Positions 24,050 through 37,080 of a stretch of 64,000 bases of DNA are shown piece by piece. Within the stretch, counting starts at the first letter, position 1, and the number at the start of each line of letters is the position of its first letter. Below the pieces are notes generated by a model that saw nothing but the letters and a program-made list of their open reading frames with translations, ran no database searches and was not told the origin of the DNA. The position numbers and the translations under genes were made by a program. The stretch covers positions 112,096,001-112,160,000 of the forward strand of contig NC_091473.1 of assembly GCF_036971445.1 (NCBI RefSeq), read 5' to 3'. Origin of the DNA: Narcine bancroftii. Lineage: Eukaryota.

Positions 24050-24055
24050 AATAAA
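24050..24055 (+). terminator. Probable PRDX1 polyadenylation signal (3'UTR ~440 nt)
   Basis: First AATAAA I found after the stop codon, followed by U/GU-rich sequence; a second AATAAA near 24102. Confidence 0.6.
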
Positions 24056-24235
24056 AATGTTTAGTTGAAATTATTACATATTTTGTGCATTTATAAATAC
24101 AAATAAATTTTTGGAAAAATACATGAGTTCATTTTGATATGTTATGTATCTGTTTTCCTCACGTTCATGAATTGATACTTCAGTCTTCTGAAGTTGGAGC
24201 AGGAGATAATGAAAGCACTGGGTCTTAGTCAAGAC

Positions 24236-24999
24236 CAGGGGTGTCAAACTCAAATTCACAGAGGGCCAAAATTAAAAACTTGGACTAAGTCGTGGGCCAA
24301 ACTAAATGTTTATTGAAAATTTTCAACAACATCTGCATGTTTTCTCTTCTTTCAACATATGTAATGTTAAACTTTTTCTTATTAAAATAAATGTTTAATA
24401 ATAGTTTTGGTTAAACTCTTTCCAGAAGAAGCATTAACAAATGAGAAATAAAATATTCAATAGCAGTAGCCTTTAAGCTCCTTTTAAGTGTATTTTTTGT
24501 TCACAAGCCAACAAGTCAAAAAAATAACAACTTGCTTCAATGAAAATCAAATCTTTCAACTATGAACAGTCCAAAGTTAACCCAAGAAAATATTAATCCA
24601 AGCTTAGCTTGCAACACTGTGATTTACTCTGATGCACCTGATGATGCAAGTACATCAAACTGTGGGGTCAGAGTTTGCCTCCCACCTGTCTTGAAAGGTC
24701 CTGTTTTCTGTCTTTCGTTTGGCCATTTTTCGTAAGGGGTTTATTACATGTGAGTTGGGCGACAGGTCGCAGATGCTAATGAAAGTAAACAGAGGAGGTG
24801 GGGGCGATTAGCGGGCTGACGGGCTGGCGCCAACGCATTTACAAAGCATTCTGGGATTTGTAGTATTAGCTGTGCATGCGCTATACTGACGCGGCGGCCA
24901 GCAGGCTAGCTCTAATACATATTTGATAAGATCTTGCGGGCCAAATATAATTATATCATGGGCCAAATTTGGCCCGCGGGCCTGAATTTGACATGTGTG
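24236..24999. mobile_element. hAT (Charlie-like) non-autonomous DNA transposon
   Basis: Ends CAGGGGTGTCAAACT / AATTTGACATGTGTG; 8-bp flanks gtcaagac and gtctaaac resemble the NTCTAGAN target. Confidence 0.8.
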
Positions 25000-25007
25000 G
25001 TCTAAAC

Positions 25008-28000
25008 CATAGGTTCCCAACCTTTTTCTTTCCACTCACATACCACTTTAAGTATTCCTTATGCCAATGAAAGCAGAAATGGATAAGAAGGGAAGGTGGT
25101 GATGAGGAAATGGAAAGGAAAGATAAACAAAGTATGAAATGGCCATGTTGAATTATGTGACTTTAAATATTAACGGAATACATAACCAAATCAAAAGGAA
25201 GAAGCTATTAAATTTACCGAAGAAAGAAAAAATTGATATAGCATTCGTGCAAGAAACAAATCTAACTGAAGTGGAACACAAGAAATTAAAGAGAGATTGG
25301 ATAGGACAGGTAACAGCAGCATCATATAATTCAAAAGCCAGAGGAGTAGCTATATTAATAAAAATGTACCAATCAAAATAGAAGAGGAAATAATAGATCC
25401 AGCAGGGAGGTATGTAATGATAAAATGTCAGATATATTCAGAATTTTGGAATTTACTCAATGTATACGCACCTAATGAAGAAGATCAAAAATTAATGCAA
25501 GATATTTTTTTGAAGATCGCAGATACGCAAGGGAATATACTAATAGGAGGGGATTTTAACCTTAATTTGGACTCAAACATGGATAAAACTGGAAAAAAGA
25601 CTAACAGAAAGAACAAAGTAACCAAATTTATAATTAAATAGATGCAGGAAATTCAACTTTTGGATATATGGAGGAAACAAGACCCAAAGGAAAAGGAATA
25701 TTTATATTATTCGGGTAGACATAAAACATACTCAAGGATAGACCTATTCCTGTTATCAGCCCACATTCAAGGAAGAGTTAAGAAAACGGAATATAAATCT
25801 AGATTGTTATCGGATCACTCACCCCTGTTATTGGCAATAGAGCTGGAGGACATCCCACCAAGAATGTATAGATGGAGATTAAGCTCCATGCTACTTAAAA
25901 GACAGGATTTTAGAGAATTCATTGAGCGACAAATTAAAATGTACTTTGAAATAAATACGGAATCAGTAAAAAATAAATTTATACTATGGGACGCAATGAA
26001 AGCATTCATCAGAGGACAGATAATAAGTTATGTAACTAAAATGAAGAAGGACTACAATTGAGAAATAGAACAGTTGGAAAGGGAAATAACAAATACAGAA
26101 AAAGAATTAACAATAAAGGAAGATATAACTAAAAGAAGAGAATTGACAGACAAAAAAATAAAATATGAAACACTACAAACATATAAGGTGGAGAAGAACA
26201 TAATGAAAACAAAATATTATGAGATAGGAGAAAAAAACGCACAAAATACTAGCATGGCAGCTTAAGACAGAACAAACTAAAAGAACGGTATTGGCATCAA
26301 GGAAAAAGGACAAACAAATTACATATAACCCAACAGAGATCAACGAAAACTTCAGGGAATTCTGCGAACAACTATATCAAACTGAAAATGAAGGGAAAGA
26401 AGACAAAATAGATGAATTTCTAACTAAAATTGAACTACCGAAATTACAAACAGAGGAGCAAAATAAATTAATAAAACCATTTGAAATAGAAGAAATACAG
26501 GAGATATTAAAAAAAACTACTGAACAATAAAACACCGGGAGAGGATGGACTCCCAGTAGAATTCTATAAAACATTTAAAGACTTATTAATTCCTCCTCTC
26601 CTGGAAGTAATGAACCAGATTGAAAAACACAAAACATACCAGATTCATGCAAAACAGCAATAATTACAGTAATATCAAAGATGGGGAAAGATCCACTAAC
26701 ACCAGCATCGTATAGACTAATATCTCTACTTAACACAGATTATAAGATAATAGCTAAACTATTAGCAAACAGATTGGCCGACTGTACCAAAAATAGTAAA
26801 ACTAGACCAAACTGGATTTATTAAAAAAAGATGAACAATGGACAATATCTGTAAATTCATTAACTTAATCCATGCAGTACAAGGAAACAAAACTCCAACA
26901 GTAGCGGTTGCTTTAGACGCAGAGAAAGCCTTTGACTGAGTAGAACGGAATTATTTATTCAAAGTACTACAAAAATTCAACCTACCAGAGAAATATATTA
27001 ATTGGATTAAAGCATTATATAAGGTACCATTGGCGATGGTGACAGTAAATGGATATATATCAAACCAATTTAAATTAAGCAGATCAACAAGGCATGGATG
27101 TCCACTATCTCCCTCACTGTTTGCGTTAGCTATGGAACCACTAGCAGAACTGATAAGAACAGAAAATAAAATAAGAGGGATAAAAATAAAAGAGAAGGAA
27201 TATAAAACCAGTCTATTTGCAGATGACGTTATAATATACTTAACAGAACCAGAAATATCAATAAAAGAATTACATAAGAAATTGAAGGAATATGGAGAAG
27301 TATCAGGGTACAAGATCAGTGCAAATAAAAGTGAAGCAATGCCAATGAATAATGCGGATTTCACAAAGTTTAAGAAAGAATCACCATTTAGATGGCAAAC
27401 ACAAGCAATTTGATACCTAGGTATACAACTAAATAATAATTTCGGCCATCTATATAAAATAAATTATCATCCATTAATGAATAAAATTACAAGACGACTT
27501 AGAGCACTGGAAAGACTTACCACTAACACTGATAGGAAGGATAAACTCTATTAAAATGAACATCTTCCCAAGGATACAATACCTATTTCAATCATTACCA
27601 ATTCACCTAACAGAGAAATTCTTCAAGGAGCTAAAGAAAATAATAAGGAAATTCTTATGGAAAGGGGGGAAACCGAGGATAGCACTAGATAAATTAACAG
27701 AATGGTACAAACAAGGAGGCTTACAACTACCAAACTTTAAGAATTATTATAGAGCAGCACAATTAAGATACCTATCAGATTTTTATCAAACAAGGGAAAA
27801 ACCAGATTAGAGCTAGATAAAATAGGGGAGAAGATACCTGAACATATACTATATAAGTGGGATGAAAAATTGGTGCAATGTAGGAATTCACCAGTATTGC
27901 ACCATCTGCTCAACATTTGGAAGAAGATTCACATAGAAAGGAATAAAATAAATTATCAACGACCAAAATTAATATTGACACAAAATCAAATAATCCCTTT

Positions 28001-29265
28001 CACAATAAATAGCCTTTCTTTCAGAGAATGGGAGAAAAGGGATCAAAAGAATAGAAAATTGTTTTTCAGAAAATAAATTATTATATTTTGAACAAATGAA
28101 GGACAAATATAATATAACTCACAATACAATGTTTGCATACCACCAACTGAAAACCTACTTGAAGGACAAATTGGGAAACAGTCTGAGGTTACCAGAAGGA
28201 AGCAATTTTGAATATGTGATTACAGACACAATGATAATTAAAAAATTTATAACAAACATGTACATCAAACTGCAAGAAAAGGAGAACGAGGAAACAAACT
28301 GTAAACCCAAACAAAAATGGGAACAAGATCTAAACATAAAGATAAAGAATGAAACATGGGAAAAGCTATGCTCCGGAACTGTGAGAAATACAATAAACAC
28401 GAGGTTACGCATGATACAATATAATTGGTTACACAGGCTATACATCACACCCCAAAAGTTAAATAAATGGGACCCAACAGTATCAGACAGATGTTTTCGC
28501 TGTAAAAAGGAAACGGGAACAACAATACATGTAATTTGGGCATGTGAGAAAGTGAAAAAATTTTGGGAAGATCTAAACCAGATATTAAATAAAATCACAA
28601 AAAGCAATATACCAAAAAACTCAGAGATCTTCCTTCTAAATAATATAAGAAACAAAGAATTTGGACTCGTTTTGGATGGAGCACAAAAAAGATTTATTAT
28701 GATAGCCCTAACTGTAGCAAAAAAATATATCAACCTGGAAATTAGAAGACAACTTGAGAATACAACAATGGTACAAAGAAATAAATAAATGTATTTCGTT
28801 AGAAAAAATAACATATAATTTAAGAAATAACATCACAATATTCGAACAAATATGGGAACCATACATGAAACACTATAGAGAAATCCTACCATGGACCTCC
28901 ACCACCTAAAATGACAGAAGGAGAAGACAACGAAATGAACTGACTCAGTATGTAAAAGTAAAAGACACAAATTTCTTGTTTATTTTTATTAAGTGATGGC
29001 ATTGTTTATCGGGTTTAATGTGTCTTATAGATTGAACTTTGAATAAATGGGAAGGGGGAGAGGGAGGGAGGGAAGGGAGGGGGGAAAAAGGGGAGAAAAT
29101 GACACTATATATTCAAGAGAAAAATGTCTATGTATTTTGGTCAGTATGGTTTATAGTGTGAAAAAATTTTTTAAAAAGTATTTCTTATGCCATAGGTGCT
29201 CTGTGATTAGTCAGGGATTTCTTAAGGTGGGATGTGGGTGGAAAGAAAAAGATTGAAAACCACTG
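25008..29265. mobile_element. 132-bp hAT MITE split by an L1 (halves 25008-25066 and 29193-29265)
   Basis: 45-bp TIRs matching at 37/45 positions; 8-bp TSD gtctaaac/gtctatac. Confidence 0.85.
25067..29175 (+). mobile_element. L1-clade LINE, 5'-truncated, whole ORF2 (APE endonuclease, RT, CCHC) pseudogenised
   Basis: TLNING..QET, GGDFN, SRIDLFL, SDHSPL (EN); RHGCPLSP, LFADD (RT); CFRC..H...C. A-rich tail; 17-bp TSD aagtatt(c/t)cttatgcca at 25050-25066 and 29176-29192. Multiple frameshifts. Confidence 0.95.
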
Positions 29266-29384
29266 GTCTATACCATTATTATAAATTGGAGTTTTAATAG
29301 TGTTCAATTTTATTTTCTCAATATTTTCAGTAACTTTAGCCTTTTGTTCATAAGCCCTTTTCACTCTGTGCTGCCTGATTCACA

Positions 29385-29568
29385 CTCAGTTTACCTGTAC
29401 CCATGTTTCATTTTGAATGATGAAATGAAAACAGCACCTCCAGGGAAAACCCACATAGACGCGGGAAGAACGTACAAACTCCTTCCAGACAGCGCGGGAT
29501 TTGAACCTCAGTTCTGATCGCTGGCACTGTAAAGGTGTTGCACTAACTGCTACGCCAAAACCGTGCCA
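29385..29568 (-). mobile_element. V-SINE (HE1-like)
   Basis: A-box tggcgtagcagttag and B-box ggttcaaatcc on the minus strand, then V-domain core. Confidence 0.8.
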
Positions 29569-29904
29569 TGGCAATTGAAATCACCAGTGCATTCCTTTCG
29601 CTTATCTTTTGAGGCTGTGTCTCATAATATGGCCGAAGATCAGCAGTTCCCATCATGATACTCCTCTGCTTTAAGAATTCCTTAAAATATGACTGACCAA
29701 ATTGGTCTGGAAAATATTTGCAATATTGATATTAATACAAATTGTTTATCTCCACTTCTTGAGCTTTCTCTAGCACCTTGTTCTAGATATGGACCTTTGG
29801 AAAATGTTGCCTCCCAGATCCCTCTTAAACATGTCTCTTCACTTTAAACCTACATATGCCTTCTGATTCTAGAATTGTCTAAGCTGGGAAAAAGACCACT
29901 TTAT

Positions 29905-31120
29905 CTACTGGTTGACTACATTGGTGCTGCCTCCTGCACCCATAATGAACTTGTCAACTTTATGCATTTTACTAACTCACTCTCACTTCAAGTTCATTTG
30001 GTCCATCTCTGGCAACATTCTCCCCTTTCTCAATCTCTCTGTCTCCATCTCAATAAACAAACTACAGATATTTTCTATAAACCTATCAACTCCAAGTTAC
30101 TTCAATTACACCTCTTCATAGTCTATCCCCTGTAAAGATTCTATTCCTATCAATGCCTCTGCCTCTATCTGTTCAGAGAATGTCTTCCATTCCAGAACAT
30201 CCAAGATACCTTTGAATAAAAGTGGTTTCCACTCTACTGCCATAAACTCAGCTTTTACCTGCAACTCTTTTCCATGCAACAAAGGCCAGAAATCCATCCA
30301 TTTGTCCTCACCTATCAGCCTCCAGAATTAACATATCCTCTGAAATTTCTGCTACCTGAAACATGATCCCACCAGCAGACACATATTCCCTTCTCTGCTT
30401 TCAGCAAAGACAGCTCCCTCTGGGGCTCCCTTATTCACTCATCTCTTCCAATTTCCTCTTTGGTATCTACCCCTATGACCGCTAGAAATGCTACACTTGC
30501 ACGCACTCCTTCAACATCATCATTTGGGGCCCCAATCAGTCCTTAAAAATGAAGCAACACTTGTGAATCAGCAGGGGTCATTGACTGCATTAAGTGCTCC
30601 CATGTGGTCTGTACAATGGAGAGACTGGGTGCAAACTGTGAAGTGTTCATTGAGCACCTTCATTCTGTCTTGCAATAACACCTCCTAGTGGCTAAACATT
30701 TTAATTTCACACACCAACATCCCTTCATGTATTGCCAAATGAGCTACCTGCAAATTGGAGGAAAACACTTAATATTCCATCTGGGCACTCTGAACAGATA
30801 GCATTATCATCACCTTCTCCAGTTTCTGTTAGACCCCTTCCCCAAGACTCCATTTCCCCATCTTGTTTCCTTCCAGCACCCCAACCCATTCCCCAATATT
30901 TCAGAGCTTTTTTTTCACTTCTCCTCATTTATATCCACCAATGATCTCTCACCTGTTAGCCTGTACCCTTCCCCCTGCAATTTCCACCCTCCCCTCCATT
31001 TTTTATTCAGGTGCCTGCCTGCTTTTTGCTCATACTCTGACAAAAGGCTCAGGTCTGAAACGTTGGTTACCCTTTCCTTCCTATAGATGCTGAATGACCT
31101 GCTGAGTTTCTCCAGCATCT
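29905..31120 (+). mobile_element. Penelope-like element, decayed RT/GIY-YIG 3' portion plus terminal repeat
   Basis: DYIGAASCTH.EL..F..F, LPFL.LSV, DIFYKP (PLE RT C-terminal motifs); GIY-YIG-like remnant ~30570-30660; terminal ctgaca..gaaacgtt..gatgctg..cctgctgagtttctccagca shared with other copies. Confidence 0.75.
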
Positions 31121-31944
31121 TTCTGCAAGAAAGTAGAGGTGTTGCTGTGCCTCAATCGTCATGAGAAGGTATTTGCTCTAGATCAGGCCATTAGAGATAT
31201 TTGTTCCTAATAACTTAAAGCTATCTATCAACTTAAGTGCCATTAACATGGACAGGGTTGTCGATGTGTCTCCTAAAGTCTGTGATTGTAAACTTTATAC
31301 ATTACCCTGTACAGTGCTAAATTGGGATTTCAATAAACCTGTGGGCATCTGTGTTTGGAATTGCCATGTCTTTCCTGAGGTCCCTGCAACTGCCCGGGAC
31401 CCCAACGATTCATCGCATTATTAAATCGGGGCGCATTAAATCGAGGTTTCACTGTAATAGTCAAGTTTTGTGGGGCAATTTTCAGGGTAAAATTTAGGGG
31501 ATCAACTATTACTTTTGACCACGTTAAGTACCTCCATTGCTCAACTTTTACACACTATCGACTTACATATATGTTATTACTATAATACTTAATAATGCAT
31601 TGAAAATATAAAAGTGTTCGGGAATTAATTGGTAACATCCAATAGTCCAGAAAAGCTGATCCAACACTGCTAATGTCCCAAAAGGTGCTAGATTGGAGTT
31701 TTACTGTAAAATGGAGACATATTAATCACTTTCTAAAATATTAGAGAATCACTTACAACTTAAACTAACAAATCTCTTATGAAACAAATGGGCTTGGAGA
31801 AGAACAGCATTTGCTTTTTGTATATGCATTCCCAGACACTGAATTATTTATTTTCAACAATACATCATCTATACAGAGAATATATCTCAAAAGGCCAAAT
31901 GTTCAATAATACATTATTAAAGATGGTTGTAATGGTTGTAATGA

Positions 31945-34011
31945 GTGGTGGACTAGCCTCGCCAAGCGAACCCAGCTCAGCGCGGACATTGTGTTTCTAC
32001 GAGGCTCTAAAGGCTGTGTATGGCCCCTCATCCCAAGTCCAAAGCCCGCTGCGCAGCTCAGACGGAAAAGTCCTCCTCAGCGACAAGATCTCCATCCTCA
32101 ACCGAGGGTCAGAACACTTCCAATCTCTTTTCAGTGCCAACCGCTCAGTCTAAGATTCTGCCCTGCTCCAGCTCCCTCAACAGCCCCTAAGGCTAGAGCT
32201 GGATGAGGTCCTCACCCGGGAAGTGACATATAAGGGAATTGAACAACTGAAAAGTGGCAAAGCAGCAGGTATGGATGGAATCCCCCCAGAGGTCTGGAAG
32301 GCTGGCGGCAAAACTCTGCATGCCAAACTGCATGAGTTTTTCAAGCTCTGCTGAGACTAAGGAAAGCTACCTCAGGACCTTCGTGATGCCATCATCATCA
32401 CCCTGTACAAAAACAAAGGCGAGAAATCAGACTGCTCAAACTACAGGGGAATCACGCTGCTCTCCATTGCAGGCAAAATCTTCGCTAGGATTCTCCTAAA
32501 TAGAATAATACCTAGTGTCACCGAAAATGTTCTCCCAGAGTCACAGTGCGGCTTTCGCGCAAACAGAGGAACTACTGACATGGTCTTTGCCCTCAGACAG
32601 CTCCAAGAAAAGTTTAGAGAACAAAACAAAGGACTCTACATCACCTTTGTTGACCTCACCAAAGCCTTCGACACCGTGAGTAGGAAAGGGCTTTGGCAAA
32701 TACTAGAGCGCCTCGGATACCCCCCAAAGTTCCTCAACTTGGTTATCCATCTGCACGAAAACCAACAAGGTCAGGTCAGATACAGCAATGAGCTCTCTGA
32801 ACCCTTCTCCATTAACAATGGCGTGAAGCAAGGCTGCGTTCTCGCACCAACCCTCTTTTCAATCTTCTTCAGCATGATGCTGAAACAAGCCATGAAAGAC
32901 CTCAACAATGAAGACGCTGTTTACATCCGGTACCGCATGGATGGCAGTCTCTTCAATCTGAGGCGCCTGCAAGCTCACACCAAGACACAAGAGAAACTTG
33001 TCCGTGAACTACTCTTTGCAGACGATGCCGCTTTAGTTGCCCATTCAGAGCCAGCTCTTCAGCGCTTGACGACCTGTTTTGCGGAAACTGCCAAAATGTT
33101 TGGCCTGGAATTCAGCCTGAAGAAAGCTGAGGTCCTCCATCAGCCAGCTCCATACCATGACTACCACCCCCACCCCCACATCTCCATCGGGCACACAAAA
33201 CTCAAAACGGTCAACCAGTTTACCTATCTCGGCTGCACCATTTAATCCAATGCAAGGATCAACAACGAGATAGACAACAGACTCGCCAAGGCAAATAGCG
33301 CCTTTGGAAGACTACACAAAAGAGTCTGGAAAAACAACCAACTGAAAAACCTCACAAAGATTAGCGTATACAGAGCCGTTGTCATACCCACACTCCTGTT
33401 CGGCTCCAAATCATGGGTCCTCTACCGGCATCACCTACGACTCCTAGAACGCTTCCACCAGCGTTGTCTCCGCTCCATCCTCAACATTCATTGGAGCGCT
33501 TTCATACCTAACGTCGAAGTACTCGAGATGGCAGAGGTCGACAGCATCGAGTCCACGCTGCTGAAGATCCAGCTGCGCTGGGTGGGTCACGTCTCCAGAA
33601 TGGAGGACCATCGCCTTCCCAAGATCGTGTTATATGGCGAGCTCTCCACTGGCCACTGTGACAGAGGTGCACCAAAGAAAAGGTACAAGGACTGCCTAAA
33701 GAAATCTCTTGGTGCCTGCCACATTGACCACCGCCAGTGGGCTGATATCGCCTCAAACCGTGCATCTTGGCACCTCACAGTTTGGCGGGCAGCAACCTCC
33801 TTTGAAGAAGACCGCAGAGCCCACCTCACTGACAAAAGGCAAAGGAGGAAAAACCCAACACCCAACCCCAACCCACCAATTTTCCCCTGCAACCGCTGCA
33901 ACCGTATCTGCCTGTCCCGCATCGGACTTGTCAGCCACAAACGAGCCTGCAGCTGACGTGGACATTTACCCCCTCCATAAATCTTCGTCTGCGAAGTCAA
34001 GCCAAAGAAGA
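31945..34011 (+). mobile_element. RTE-clade LINE, 5'-truncated ORF (RT + C-terminal zinc finger), few in-frame stops
   Basis: FVDLTKAFDTV, GVKQGCVLAPTLF, LLFADD, QLRWVGHV.RM...RLPK..LYGEL, CNRC...IGLVSH; GAA-type tail. Confidence 0.95.
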
Positions 34012-35227
34012 ATGTTTATGGATAATGGACAAACAGAAAAGAAGCATCTAAAATAACTTCAGTTTCTTTGAACTTTAGCACGAAGCCGGTCACATACTTG
34101 GATTGATGGGCCTGGATCTGGCCTTGCATTATCTCCAAATCTTGGGAGTTTTCCTCATTTAATCAGGGTGTGGAATTTGTCAAATCACCACTACTCTGCC
34201 AAGTGTGGTGTCAATACTTGTGTGGCTTCCATCATCAGTATCTGCCTTGGTGGTGGCAGGTTTTGGAGCCTCTATAATAGTAATGTGTCTGAGTTCCTCA
34301 GGCAGCCTTCAGGATATCATTCCCATCTACTTACAAGTACAGATTATATTTTTCTTATCATTTATAAGAACTTGCATCAATTTTGAGTTTGCCACTTTGG
34401 AGAGAGAACCTTTCTGTTGTATTCAGTGTAATTATGTCATTTGCACACTTACAAGCCTTTCTGTTGTATTCAGTGTAATTATATTTAACTGTACCCAAGT
34501 TTGAGGCTTGATGATTGGCAACTAGTTCCATCTTTATAATATCAATAATATGCACACATATTTGTTGGTTACATGATGCAACTCTTATTTGATTTGTGCC
34601 CAATATTATGTAAACCACATATGTAATGTATGCAAACCAACAAGGCCTAACAATTATTTTATGAAATGGAAATCGTCACTGACAAATTTATCAGAGCTTC
34701 TAGTGAGATAGGTTAATGTCAGTATATGTGGTTTTTCAGAAAGGCATTTGATAATGTGGCACAATAAAAGTTACTGTGAAGAAAATTAATCTTGGGGGCG
34801 GGTGGGGGGGGGGGGGAAATAACATTCCAGATAGAGGTGTCATTGGTGGATACAAACAGTTGATTTAAAAATGTAAATTTCCCATTAGCAAGTTGGATCA
34901 TTTCTGGGAGTTTAGTTATTTACACCTTATTACTTATGGGACTATGCTTGTCCAGGTTTGTTGGTAATAGCATAACAGTTGGGGGGGGGGGTAAAGGTGA
35001 GACCATAAAGTGGCACGTGGGTTATGTAAGTGTGCAAATGAATTGGCAGTTGGATTGTGAGTAGAAATGTGATGCACTGGTAGGAAGAACAGAAAAAAAG
35101 ATCTAAATGGTTATGACTATTAAATAAGATATTCAGACAAATTGGCCTGTTCTCTTTAAGAAACAATGTATTACAATAAAGTTGATTTTGTAGCTCTTGT
35201 ATAGTCATCAAGTTTCACACTACAGAA

Positions 35228-36150
35228 ATGCCTTTTGCCACAATTTGTCCATTGTCCACCTCACCCTCTGAACTTTTCTGGTCCCTGTACCTGTCTAAAT
35301 GTCTTTTAAGCATTGCCTGTACCATTTTCTCTGGCTGTTTATTCCACATACCTACCACCCTGGGTTTCTTTTGGAGAAACCTTAAATCTCTGCCCTCTAA
35401 TTTTAGACTCCTCCCCTGGAGAAAGTTACCTTATCTATATGCACCTCATGATTTTATATACCTCTCAGGTCCCTCAGCATCCCAAGCTGCAGGGAGAAAA
35501 GATCCAGCTTATCCAGCATCTCCTGACAACCCAAGTCTCAGTAACATCATCTCAAATCTTTTCTGCACCCTTTCTACCTTAATAATGTAATTCTAAAAAA
35601 AGCTGGGTGGCCAGAACTGTGCACAATATTCAACAGCATCTTGTACAATTGTAATAAATCATCCCAACTCCTGTACTCGGTGCCCTTACTGATGAAGGTA
35701 GGCATGCTAAGCTGCTTTTTCACCTCCATGTCTACCTGTGTTGCCACTTTAGAGGGAACTACAGTAAAACTTGTTTTCCAGAATTCAAGCAACTGGCAGC
35801 CTCAAGCAACCAGCAAAAAAAACCAAGGAAAATAAATAGGTAAAAAATACGGAAGTTTAAAATTGGCGTTCTTTGCTGTTAGTTTGTCAATAATGCTACA
35901 CATAATCTCAAGCAAATGGAAATCACTTATCCGGCATTAACCAATCCCGATTGGTATTGCTTACCCGGGTTGGGGGGGGGGGTGTGGGTTTACTGTATAT
36001 AAAAATAACCATGGGTCTCTGTTCTACAACTCTCTTAAGGGCCTTGCCATGTATTATGTAATCCCTTCCCTGATTTAACTTACCAAAATGCAACACTGCT
36101 GTTGTCCATGTTAAATTCCACCTGTCATTTGACCTATTTCCCAGTTCATC
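35228..36150 (-). mobile_element. CR1 fragment interrupted by a Tigger-like MITE (35762-35995)
   Basis: Minus-strand CR1 RT C-terminal remnants on both sides (VLHFGKLN). MITE has CAGTAAA...TTTACTG ends and TA TSD. Confidence 0.75.
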
Positions 36151-36339
36151 TTGATCCTTTTTTTTTAAAGAGATACTGCATGATAACAGGCTCTTCTGGC
36201 CCACAAGCCTGTACCACCCAATTACATCCATGAGACTAATTAACTTCCTAACATGTATATCTTTGGAATGTGAGAGAAAACCAAAGCATCTGTAGGAAAC
36301 CCATCTGGATGGAGAACATTCAAGCCTGGGTCATAATCT

Positions 36340-37080
36340 CAGATAACCTTTGTTATCTCCTGTACCACCAATTTTGAAGTCATATGCATCCTATAGGCCT
36401 TCTTAACTCTCCTATCAACCTGCACAGCGACCAAATCAATGCATCCCTCAAGGCCACCACTGGGTTTGACAGGAGAGTTAAGAAGGCCTATGGGATGCTG
36501 GGCTTCAAGAGTAGAGAGGTCACGTTGCAACTCTACAAATCTCTGGTGAGACCACGCTTAGTTCTGGTCATTACAGGAAGAATGTGGAAACTATGGAGAG
36601 GGTGCAAAGGAGATTTACCAGGATGTTGCCTGGAGTGAAAAATAAGTCTTATGAGGCAAGGTTAGCAGAGCTGGAATTTTTCTCTTTGGTGCATAGAAGA
36701 ATGAGAAGAGACTTAGTCTACAATATTATGAGAGGCATAGATAGGGTGGACAGCCAGCACCTGTTTCCCAGGCCAGAAATAGCAAACACCAAAGGATATA
36801 TGTACAAAGTGAAGGGAGGGAAATTTAGGGGAGACATACCTAAATGCAGAGAGGGATGTTCTTTTAAATGTAGAGAGTTGTGGGTTCCTGGAATACCTTG
36901 CCAGGGATGGTGGTGGAGGTTAAAATATTAGGGCCATTTAGGAGACTATTAGGTACATGGATGGAAGAAAAATAGAGGGTTACAGGGTAGGGAGAGTTTA
37001 GTACATTTTTAAAAGGAAGATATGGGTCAGCACAGCATCAAGGGCTGAAGGGCCTGTTTTGCGCTGTAGTGTTCAATGTT
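36340..37080 (+). mobile_element. CR1 3' fragment with inverted duplication at its 5' end
   Basis: RVKKAYGML..LQLYKSLVRP, ERVQRRFTRMLPG; 36386-36420 is an inverted copy of 36464-36498. Confidence 0.85.

Noticed and set aside
25139-28788. L1 ORF2 (and likewise the CR1, RTE and Gypsy ORFs) as active or domesticated genes
   Set aside because: All are broken by stops or frameshifts and retain TE hallmarks (TSD, tails, LTRs).
28155-28814. 219-aa hydrophobic minus-strand ORF as a membrane protein
   Set aside because: Antisense shadow of the A-rich L1 ORF2.
34410-34482. Short direct duplications (27 bp here; also ~10541-10583, ~47288-47327, ~58119-58175)
   Set aside because: Ordinary slippage-type duplications with no further structure.
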